DNA of 64,000 nt from Minisyncoccia bacterium (GTDB lineage Bacteria > Patescibacteriota > Minisyncoccia > Phycocordibacterales > UBA9973). A program made the translations under genes and the position numbers. This document shows positions 8,105 to 17,700 of the stretch, one piece after another. Numbering within the stretch: the first letter of the stretch is position 1; each line of letters opens with the position of its first letter. The notes below the pieces were generated by a model that was not told where the DNA came from, made no database searches, and saw only the letters and a program-made list of their open reading frames with translations. The stretch spans positions 132-64,131 of the forward strand of contig JBBQGX010000002.1 of NCBI GenBank assembly GCA_038323465.1. The letters are read 5' to 3'.

Positions 8105-10039
8105 ATGTATGTTGTTAAAAGATCAGAAGAGAATCCAATATTAATTCCTAATAACGATCATTACTGGGAAGAGTTTGCTACTTTCAATATGTGCCCAATA
8201 AAACATGGAAAAAATATCTATGGTTTATACCGAGCTATTTCAGCGGTAGATAATTTAACTAAACAAAAACAAGTTTCAATTATAGGAATAGGACGTAGTC
8301 GTGATGGAATACATTTTGATAACCGAACTCCTTTTATTGTACCAAGTTATGATTTTGATGCTTGTGGCTGTGAAGATCCAAGAGTTACTTTTTTTGAAGG
8401 GAAATATTATATTTTCTATACAGCCTTATCTAATTACCCCTTTGGATCAGATAATATAAAAGTAGCGGTTGCTGTATCAAAAGATTTGAAAAAAGTTGAC
8501 GAGCGTCATTTAGTAACTCCGTTTAATGCAAAAGCCATGACACTTTTCCCAAAGAGGATTAATGGTAAAATTGTTGTTGTTTTTTCTGCCTATACAGATA
8601 TGCCACCATCGAAAGTATGTATTGCTAAACTTGATAACATAGAACAACTCTGGGATGAAAAATTTTGGACGAAATGGGAGAAGGAGATAGATAAGCATTC
8701 TGTAGATTTTCGTCGCAATGAGTATGATCATCTAGAGATTGGAGCAACACCACTAAAAACAGAATACGGATGGTTACTCATATATTCTCACATTCAAAAT
8801 TATTTTAATGGACCAGAACATCTGGATCGCATTTTTGGTGTTGAGGCAATTCTACTTGATGTAAAAGACCCAACTAAAATTCTTGGTAGAACCAATGGCC
8901 CTATATTGGTTCCTGAGGAGAATTATGAACTTTCTGGTTATATCAAGGATGTGATTTTTCCATCCGGAGCACTTTTAGAAAAAGATAAACTCTCTATTTA
9001 TTATGGAGCAGCCGATACAACTGTTTGTGTTGCTCATGTTTCATTTAAGGATCTTATTAATACTATGAATCCTTCTAAAAATAATAAATGGAATCTCAAA
9101 CGTTATATAAATAACCCAACTATTATTCCAAAATCTGAAAATAAATGGGAAGCAAAAGCAACCTTTAATCCTGCTGCGATTTATCTGGGAGGGAAGGCCC
9201 ATATTCTTTATAGAACTCTTTCAGACGACAATACTTCTTATATTGGATATGCTTCAAGTAAAGATGGGTTAAAGATTGATGAAAGATTCAATGACCCTAT
9301 CTATGTTCCACGAGAGGATTTTGAAATGAAAAAGATACCAAATGGTAATTCAGGATGTGAAGATCCAAGATTAACTCAAATTGGTAAGAATATATATATG
9401 TGTTACACAGCTTATGACAGTGTAAATCCTCCTAAAGTAGCCATCACTTCTATTTCAGAGAAAGATTTTTTAGCTAAAAAGTTTAATTGGAGTAAGCCAT
9501 TTCTTATAACTCCGGATGGTATGGATGACAAGGATACTTGTATTTTTCCTGAAAAATTTAAAGAAGGCTATTTTATTTTACACAGAATGAATAATGAAAT
9601 TTGTGGTGATTATATAAAATCACTCGATGATGAAAATACAAGAGTAAATAAATGTATTAGAGTTATCGGGCCACGTGAAAATACTTGGGATAGTGCCAAG
9701 GTTGGAATAACTGCTCCACCAATAAAAACAAAATATGGATGGTTACTACTTTATCATGGTGTATCAAAAAGTCATTCTACTTATAGAGTAGGAGCATTGC
9801 TTCTCGATCTCAAAGATCCAGCAATAGTTCTAGCTCGTACTTCGGATCCGATATTTGCTCCTGAGAAAGACTATGAAAAGTTTGGAGTTGTAAACGGTGT
9901 AGTTTTCCCTTGTGGAATGATTGAGAAAAATGGAATACTTTATATATATTATGGAGGAGGGGATAAAGTCGTCGGAGTTGCCACAATAGAATTAAAGATT
10001 ATACTCGAAGCACTTGTTCGTGGTTCAAAGTTTAATTAA
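8105..10039 (+). CDS. Tandem double GH130 protein (two complete catalytic modules)
   Basis: Module 1: NPILIPN...CGCEDPRVT...GWLLIYSH...YYGAADTTVCVA. Module 2: NPTIIPK...SGCEDPRLT...GWLLLYHGV...YRVGALLLDLKDP...YYGGGDKVVGVA. Confidence 0.85.
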   Translation: MYVVKRSEENPILIPNNDHYWEEFATFNMCPIKHGKNIYGLYRAISAVDNLTKQKQVSIIGIGRSRDGIHFDNRTPFIVPSYDFDACGCEDPRVTFFEGKYYIFYTALSNYPFGSDNIKVAVAVSKDLKKVDERHLVTPFNAKAMTLFPKRINGKIVVVFSAYTDMPPSKVCIAKLDNIEQLWDEKFWTKWEKEIDKHSVDFRRNEYDHLEIGATPLKTEYGWLLIYSHIQNYFNGPEHLDRIFGVEAILLDVKDPTKILGRTNGPILVPEENYELSGYIKDVIFPSGALLEKDKLSIYYGAADTTVCVAHVSFKDLINTMNPSKNNKWNLKRYINNPTIIPKSENKWEAKATFNPAAIYLGGKAHILYRTLSDDNTSYIGYASSKDGLKIDERFNDPIYVPREDFEMKKIPNGNSGCEDPRLTQIGKNIYMCYTAYDSVNPPKVAITSISEKDFLAKKFNWSKPFLITPDGMDDKDTCIFPEKFKEGYFILHRMNNEICGDYIKSLDDENTRVNKCIRVIGPRENTWDSAKVGITAPPIKTKYGWLLLYHGVSKSHSTYRVGALLLDLKDPAIVLARTSDPIFAPEKDYEKFGVVNGVVFPCGMIEKNGILYIYYGGGDKVVGVATIELKIILEALVRGSKFN

Positions 10040-10128
10040 TCTTCTAAAAATAGAAATTTCATGATTTAATCATAATTTGCTATAGTAAATATATAAAAAG
10101 GCTCATTAGCTCTTTTGTTACTTATATT

Positions 10129-11912
10129 ATGGAAAATAGAAAAGACTACTCAAATCTACACAGAATGCTTGTGCTAAAATATTTTTGGCAGGTTATAAGA
10201 CGATTTAAAATATCGTTTTTTACTATTATTATATTATCTGTAGTGTCTTCTTTTTTGGATATCTATATACCACTTAAGTATCTAAAATTATGGGATGTTT
10301 TAAATACAAATGACTTTAGTCTTGTCTCTACTGCTAAATCTTTAATAATTTTAATTTTATTATTTAACTTTTCACGCTGGGCACTAAGAAGAGCTGTAGG
10401 TTATACAAATGATTATTTCCAAACAAATGTAATGGAGGGATTAAGGAAGCAAGCCTTTTCTTATATGATAGGGCATTCTCATAATTTCTTTGCAAATAAT
10501 TTTGGTGGGTCACTGACTTATAGAGTAAATAAATATGCTAGAGCTTTTGAAAGATTAATGGATAGATTCGTAGATGATGGTATGCCACTTGTTGTTAGAT
10601 CTCTAGGTACTATAATAGCCATCTATACTCTGATGCCGAAGTATTCATATATTCTTACTGTATTTTCACTCATATTTTTAATTACAGCTCTTGTATTTAC
10701 AAAATATAAATTGAAATATGATGTTATTGCTGCCGAGTCTGACTCAAAAACAACAGGTGCTCTTTCAGATTCCATAAGTAATCATTCATCTATTCAACTT
10801 TTTGCTGGTCACGAATATGAAAATATAAAAGTAGGAAAAGTGATAGAGAGTCAAAAGAAGGCAACAGTATTTAATTTATATTTATGGGAAACATTAGGGG
10901 CTATCCAAAGTTTCTATATATTAGCTATTGAATTTGTAATTTTTTGGTTAGCTATAGGAGATTGGAGAGCTGGACTTATTGGAGTACCTGTAATAGTAGT
11001 TCTTTAAAGTTATATTATTCGTCTAAGTGAAAGCTTGTGGCGTTTTGCTGGTATTGTCAGAGTTTTCTATGATGGTTTCGCTGATGCTCAAGAAATGGCA
11101 ATTATTTTAGATATGTCCTATGAAGTTGATGATGAAATTACCAATAATTTAATTAAAGTGAAAGGAGAAATTATTTTTGATAATGTGACTTATGTTTATG
11201 AAAATAATAATCAAAAAGTTTTTGATAATTTTTCTCTTACAATAAAAGCAGGGGAGAAAGTTGCAATCGTTGGATCATCTGGTGCAGGGAAGTCTACATT
11301 TGTTAAACTCTTAATGCGACTCTTTAATCTACAAGAGGGAAGAATACTCATCGATAATATAGATATATCAAAAATATCTCAAAAAAATCTACGTGAACAG
11401 ATAGGCTTTGTTCCTCAAGATCCAGTTTTATTTCACAGGTCTCTAATGGAGAATATTCGTTATGGTAGACGTGATGCGACAGACGAAGAAGTAATAAGGG
11501 CTGCAAGCCTAGCATATTGTGAGGATTTTATTAGCAATTTACCATTGGGTTATAATACATATGTTGGAGAGAGAGAGGGATTAAACTCTCAGGTGGTGAG
11601 CGTCAACGAGTAGCTATTGCCCGTGCAATACTAAAGAATGCTCCGATCCTTGTACTTGATGAGGCAACATCAGCGCTTGATTCTGAGTCCGAATCAGTTA
11701 TTCAGGACGCACTTCATAATCTAATAGAAGGCAAGACGGTTATAGTTATCGCTCATAGATTATCGACTATTCGTGACATGGAACGTATTATTGTTATTTC
11801 AAATGGAAAAATTGAAGAAGATGGAACACATGATGAATTGATTGAAAAAGAAAATGGTATATATAAAAAACTTTGGGATATTCAATCCGGGGGATTTAAG
11901 CTGAAAATTTAA
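10129..11912 (+). pseudogene. Disrupted ABC exporter (MsbA-like TMD-NBD fusion): in-frame TAA plus +2 frameshift
   Basis: The TMD ORF 10129-11007 and the NBD ORF 11035-11613 are in the same frame, separated only by the TAA at 11005-11007. The NBD signature [16 protein letters not shown]...LDEATSALD...IAHRLSTI continues in another frame from 11580 to the TAA at 11910-11912. Confidence 0.75.
11567..11576 (+). repeat. (GA)5 dinucleotide tract at the frameshift site
   Basis: gttg-gagagagaga-ggg. Removing one GA restores [15 protein letters not shown]. Confidence 0.85.
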
Positions 11913-12004
11913 TCTTTTTAGTTAGATTGCACTCACTATCTATGTGTAACAGATGTGTACACCTGTTTACTAGTGTTACAAAAATTAAATTTATTTTTTT
12001 ACAG

Positions 12005-13114
12005 TTATTTTATTGTTAAAACTATTATTTCAGGAGTTGTTCCAATCCGAAGGGGTATCATAGAAGATCCAGCACCACTACTCGTAATATGAGTAGTGGT
12101 GTCTTTTTTATGAAGACCATAAGTGTATTTTTTGTAAATTAAATTTACAAATAAAGTGATAGGGAAAAATTGTCCTCCATGTGTGTGACCTGATAACACC
12201 AAAGAGGCACCTGTTTTTGCTAGTATTTTTGTATTTCTAGGATCGTGAATGAGAATAATATTTGGCATCTTTTTGTTTGGATTTAATGCACTATAACGTA
12301 GTGCCGTTTCTTTTTTAAACTCGAATTTTTTATATGATATTCCGATTATTTCAGTATTGTTTATGGTAATTTTTTTGTCGGTTAAATCGATTAAATTTTT
12401 TGGGAATTTTGATCGAAATAATTCATATTCTTGACTATATTTTTCATGATTACCTTCAACATAATAATTACCGAGTGGTGGGTTAAGGTTTTCAAATGAG
12501 GCAAGCCACTTCTCGTAAGGGAAGGATGTTCCCTCGATTAGATCACCCAAGAAAAAAGTAATATCTGGTTTCTGATCATTAATAAGGTCTATAACCTTTT
12601 TAAGACGTTTTTCATTTGTAATATTACCAATGTGTATATCTGAAACTATAACAATTTTCTTATTTGACCAATATTTTGATAAATCGTCTGAATTTGTATT
12701 GTAAGTCTTAATCACGATATGGTAAGAATTCCAAACCCCATAAATTATTAATAATAAGGAGAGTGAAATAGTTATAAAAGAAATTATAGCAGTAGGAATA
12801 TTTGAATTTAAATAATAATTTGACATTATTAAAATAAAAACAATGAAAGATGCCATAAGTAAATAAAAAACAATAGATAGCCAAACAGCTCCAATTTTAT
12901 TTAGAATAGAATTAATTGGAGAATAATGTTTGTAACTATAAAACGTTGTTATTATAAAAATAGTTGGTAAAAATATACCGATTAGTAGAATAAATATTTC
13001 TAGATTTATAGGAAGAGTTATTCCAGCAGTATTAAAGGAAATATAAGTAATATATTCACTAATCATTAATATAACAAAAACAATAAAAGATATAATAAAT
13101 AATCTTATTTTCAT
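12005..13114 (-). CDS. Membrane-anchored metallophosphoesterase (calcineurin-like)
   Basis: N-terminal multi-helix membrane region, then IVSDIHIG...GDLIEG...GNHE...ILIHDP...GHTHGGQ motifs. Confidence 0.8.
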   Translation of the reverse strand: MKIRLFIISFIVFVILMISEYITYISFNTAGITLPINLEIFILLIGIFLPTIFIITTFYSYKHYSPINSILNKIGAVWLSIVFYLLMASFIVFILIMSNYYLNSNIPTAIISFITISLSLLLIIYGVWNSYHIVIKTYNTNSDDLSKYWSNKKIVIVSDIHIGNITNEKRLKKVIDLINDQKPDITFFLGDLIEGTSFPYEKWLASFENLNPPLGNYYVEGNHEKYSQEYELFRSKFPKNLIDLTDKKITINNTEIIGISYKKFEFKKETALRYSALNPNKKMPNIILIHDPRNTKILAKTGASLVLSGHTHGGQFFPITLFVNLIYKKYTYGLHKKDTTTHITSSGAGSSMIPLRIGTTPEIIVLTIK

Positions 13115-14046
13115 AATTTAATTTTTTTGTTTAGATTAACTGACTTGATAATAAAGAAAGTTATAATTATAAAGGTTACTAAAGGTGAGATATAATATGG
13201 TATTTCTACTCCAAATGCATCAAGTATCATTATAATACCTAAAACAAAAATAGAATACATAGCACCATTCTTTAAATAAGCATATTTTTTAATTCTATCA
13301 ATGTTATTCATTGTAAGTCTTCGTAAAACAAATGCTCCAAGTCCGTTACCTATTAGAATAAGTGGAACAGAAAGAGTAAAAGCAAATGCTCCAAGAACTC
13401 CATCAATAGAGAAGGTCGCGTCTATTATTTCAAGGTAAAAGATCTTACTCAGATCACTCATTTTATTGTCACCCCTTAGAAGTTTTTCTTCTCCTTTTTC
13501 AGCATTTTCTTTAAATCCATGCGTAATAAAAAATGCGGTTGATCCTATAACTGCCGAGAATGCAAGCATTGGATTTATTGGGAGAGAATACCAAACAACA
13601 GTAGCCAAAATAATTGAAACTATCGCGAAAAACCAAACTCCATTCCTTTGAAAAAATCTTTCATGAGCAAGTCCAAAATTTTTTGTTTCCAAGAATAACC
13701 AATGAAAGAATAAAAAAATTAAGAATATTCCGCCACCAAGGAGTAGTATGGGAGCAGCTTTTTCAACGGCAGTGTGGACACTTGGGTCATTCGAAAAAGC
13801 TGCAGTGAGTGATCCTATTGGACCAAGTGCTGGCATAGTAGCCCAGATGATAATCCAAGGTAGAAGTCCTCTGATCATAAAGACGGCAAAGAGAAAGCCC
13901 CAAAGTAAAAACCACTTCTGAGCACGTTTGCTCATTGTTCCTAAAACTTCCGCATTAATGACGGCATTATCAACACTACTAATAATCTCAAATAAACATA
14001 AGCCTAAAACTGTAATAATTATTGTTCCAATTGTCATATTTTTCAA
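13111..14046 (-). CDS. TerC-superfamily integral membrane protein (DUF475-like)
   Basis: Polytopic, with EIISSVDNAVINAEVL near the N-terminus. Overlaps the downstream gene by 4 nt. The family name is recalled from memory. Confidence 0.55.
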   Translation of the reverse strand: MKNMTIGTIIITVLGLCLFEIISSVDNAVINAEVLGTMSKRAQKWFLLWGFLFAVFMIRGLLPWIIIWATMPALGPIGSLTAAFSNDPSVHTAVEKAAPILLLGGGIFLIFLFFHWLFLETKNFGLAHERFFQRNGVWFFAIVSIILATVVWYSLPINPMLAFSAVIGSTAFFITHGFKENAEKGEEKLLRGDNKMSDLSKIFYLEIIDATFSIDGVLGAFAFTLSVPLILIGNGLGAFVLRRLTMNNIDRIKKYAYLKNGAMYSIFVLGIIMILDAFGVEIPYYISPLVTFIIITFFIIKSVNLNKKIKL

Positions 14047-14086
14047 TTATACATAATTATGTATTTTATGGTAAATTTTTAAAATT

Positions 14087-14356
14087 TTAATCTTTCATGT
14101 GGATAACTTTTAGATTGTAGGAAATTGGCGTATCTTTTTTTATATTCTGGATCACTCTTGAGTGTTTGATCGGCTTCTCTCCTTCATCAATTTTCTTCAT
14201 AATTTGGTCTAATTCATCAGCCAAATAGACTCTATAGTTATTGATAGGGTGTCGAGAAGCACTTAACTTTCCCGACTTGTCCCAATTGCGAAGAGTAAGA
14301 GTTGAAACTCCCAATCTTTCACTTGCTTCTTTAATACTTAAATATTGTTTTTGCAC
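14087..14356 (-). CDS. MerR/excisionase-type HTH DNA-binding protein
   Basis: YLSIKEASERLGVSTLTLRNWDKSGKLSASRHPINNYRVY is a MerR-type HTH. Confidence 0.75.
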   Translation of the reverse strand: MQKQYLSIKEASERLGVSTLTLRNWDKSGKLSASRHPINNYRVYLADELDQIMKKIDEGEKPIKHSRVIQNIKKDTPISYNLKVIHMKD

Positions 14357-14445
14357 GGCACCAGTATACGTTAATAAACATTAATAAACAAGCAAGAATA
14401 TTTTTTAGTTTAGTAATGTTTATGCATGATTATAAAAGTATGGAA

Positions 14446-14502
14446 AAGTAGTAGGCAGTAAGTAGTATGTAGTATATGAAAATGTAGTAAGTAGTATGTA
14501 TT
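14446..14502. repeat. 7-nt-periodic array, AAGTAGT type (about 8 units)
   Basis: aagtagt aggcagt aagtagt atgtagt atatgaa aatgtagt aagtagt atgtatt. Lies in the divergent region between the HTH gene and the giant gene. Confidence 0.6.
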
Positions 14503-14702
14503 GTGGTAAATGTACCGCAAGCTTCACTTTAGGTTTCTTTGTGTCCATCGCGCAAAGTGAGTTATACAGGTGAGTGAGGAAAATTATTTAAGGTAGACAT
14601 TTTTATAAAAATTGAAAATAAAGTACAGTTATTTTTAAATTTTAAGTGAAAACGATATTTTATAAAAAACCTAAAAAATCTTTAAAAATAAGCATTTTTT
14701 TC

Positions 14703-14731
14703 TTGTTTAAATATTGCTATTGGTCTATACT
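14703..14731 (+). promoter_or_regulatory. Candidate promoter TTGTTT-17-TATACT for the giant gene
   Basis: Hexamers at 14703-14708 and 14726-14731. Sequence match only. Confidence 0.3.
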
Positions 14732-14763
14732 TAAAAGAATAAAAGATAATATTTAAAAACATT

Positions 14764-17700
14764 TTGAGGAAAACATTATTTTGTAAAAATAAATTAGAAA
14801 GTTTAAAAGAAAAAATTCCACCGAAAGTCGAGGGTGGGATTTTTTCTTTTCCATCAAAAGATTGGATTGATAATTTTTTAAGATTTGAAAAATTATCAGA
14901 GACAGACAGAGATGGTAAAAATGAAATTATTCAAACAAAAATATTAACAACTGACCAAAATAAAAAAATGATTAAAGAAAACAAAAACAAAAATATAGAA
15001 GGAAAAATATTTCTTAAAAACCAAATTTCCCAAATTTATAAAAATTCTGGGATATTAAAAACTTCAGCTTTCTTTCTTTTTATTTTGGTTTCTTTTTATT
15101 TTGGTTTAAATAAAGTAGAAGCAGTTGATACTACATCTCCCGATGTAAACATCACATATAGTGAAAATCCAGTTGGAGCAACAAACGAAATAATTACAGC
15201 AACATATTCAGAACCGATAACAAGTGCTCCAACTATTAGTATCAATCAGCCCGGAACAGCAGACGTAACAAACGCACCAATGATAGCTCCTGGAAGTGTG
15301 TGGACTCCAAGACTCGCGGCGGAAGCAAATTATTGGAGTTCAGTTACTTATGGTAATGGACTCTTTGTGGCAGTGGCTAGCAACGGTACAAATAGAGTTA
15401 TGACTTCTCCTGATGGAATTACTTGGACAGCAAGAATGGCAGCTGAAGCAAATAGTTGGAATTCCATCACTTATGGTAATGGACTCTTTGTGGCAGTGGC
15501 TAGCAATGGTACAAATAGAGTTATGACTTCTCCTGATGGAATTACATGGACTGCACGAACTGCCGCTGAAGTAAATGGTTGGTATTCTGTAACTTATGGT
15601 AATGGTTTGTTTGTTTCAGTTTCTTATAATGGCACAAACAGAGTCATGACATCTGCCGATGGAATTACTTGGACAGCAAGAATGGCAGCTGAAGCAAATC
15701 AGTGGATGTCAGTTGCTTACGGTAATGGACTCTTTGTGGCCGTTGGTTCTGGTGGGACAAATAGAGTTATGACTTCTCCTGATGGAATTACTTGGACAGC
15801 AAGACAAACCCCTGAAGTAAATGGTTGGTATTTTGTAACTTATGGTAATGGTTTGTTTGTTTCAGTTTCTTACGGTGCTGCAAGTAAAATAATGACTTCC
15901 CCTGACGGGATAACTTGGACGGTGATGAGTATTACCTCATATTATCTAACAAATATAACTTATGCTCAAGGGGTTTTTATAGCACTTGGTCAGTTTGGAA
16001 CACTCATAACATCTACCGATGGTATCACTTGGAATACCAGAGTATGTGAGTATGGTAGTTGGAATTCAGTCGTTTATGGTAATGGTTCCTTTGTAGCAGT
16101 ATCCTCTGATGTAATAAATAGAGTTATGACTTCTCCTGTAAGTTATAGTTATAATTATAATGTAATTATTGCAAATGGAACTAATTACTTAGATGGAATT
16201 ACAACTGTAAGTTTATCCACAACAGCAGACGCAGCAGGAAATATTTCAAATCCTCCAACAAATAATACATTTACTATTGATACAACAGGTCCAACGGTGG
16301 CTCTATCTTATAGTGCAAATTCGGTAAAAGCCGGAAATCAAGTAATTACGGCTACATATTCAAGCCCTATACTAGGAACACCGTTGATTAGTATCAATCA
16401 ACCTGGATCTATAGATATATCAAATGCTTCAATGTCAGGAAGTGGGGTAGTGTGGACTTATAATTATATAGTGAATACTACAAATGGAAATACTTATATA
16501 GATGGTATTTCGAATGTTAGTTTATCTATAGTGACTGATGCCACTTTTCATTCTTCATCTTTACCAACAAATAATTCTTTTATTATTGATACTATAGCTC
16601 CTATACCAACTATTACTCAAACATCCAACCCTGCAAAAGTTGGAACGAATACAATTACAGCTAAATATCTTGAAGCTCTTACAAACACTCCTACTATTAA
16701 TATAGATCAACCAGGCACAACTGATATAAGCAATGTAACAATGAACAAAACAAATATGACCGGAGGTTGGTCTATTGGTTCTGGTGGATTACAATCTTCA
16801 ACTTGGAAGTCTTTGATTTATGGTAATGGTATTTATGTAGCTGTTTCTTCTGATGGTACAAATAGAGTCGCGACAAGTACTGATCCTACGTTGAATATTT
16901 GGAGTTTACAAAATGTAGCAGAATCAAATAATTGGCAATCTGTCACCTATGGTAATGATCAATTTGTAGCTGTTGCTAGTAGTGGAACAAACAGAGTTAT
17001 GACATCTCCTGATGGAATCACTTGGGCAACAAGAACGGCTGTTGAAGCAAATCAGTGGAGGTCAATTACATATGGTAATGGTATCTTTGTAGTTGTTGCT
17101 GATTCTGGAACAAACAGAGTTATGACATCTCCTGATGGAATTACTTGGACAGCACGATCTGCTTCATCGATAAGTAGTTGGTATAGTGTCGCTTACGGAA
17201 ATGGTCAATTTGTGGCTGTTGCTTATAATGGTACAGATAGAGTTATGACATCACCAGATGGAATTACTTGGACTTCTCGTACTGCATCTGCAACAAATAG
17301 TTGGCAATCTGTTACTTACGGAAATGGTCAATTTGTGGCAGTTGCTAGTAGTGGATCAAACCTAGCTATGACATCACCAGATGGAATTATTTGGACAGGA
17401 AGATCATTGGGTAGTTCTGGTTGGCAAGCTGTCACCTACGGAGATGGTTTCTTTGTAGCTGTTGGCTCTAACTATAAAGCAATATCACAAGATGGTATAA
17501 GTTGGCAGTCCTCAGTATCGGGATATTTATTTAATTCTATTATTTATAATAACGGTTTTTTCTTTGCAGTTGGATACGGTGTACATACATTTTCTCCTAC
17601 ATCTATTTATTCCTATACTTATACTGTTAACCAAGCAGATGGTAGTACATATGTAGACGGTAATGCGAATATAAGTTTATCTACTTCAACAGATTTAACA

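Noticed and set aside
11005-11007. Possibility that the in-frame TAA, or stop codons generally, are recoded (alternative genetic code as in some CPR lineages)
   Set aside because: TAA, TAG and TGA all terminate many well-defined genes here. For example, TGA ends 43561-45417 and 46043-47512. The same ABC gene also has a frameshift, so decay or error is the simpler explanation.
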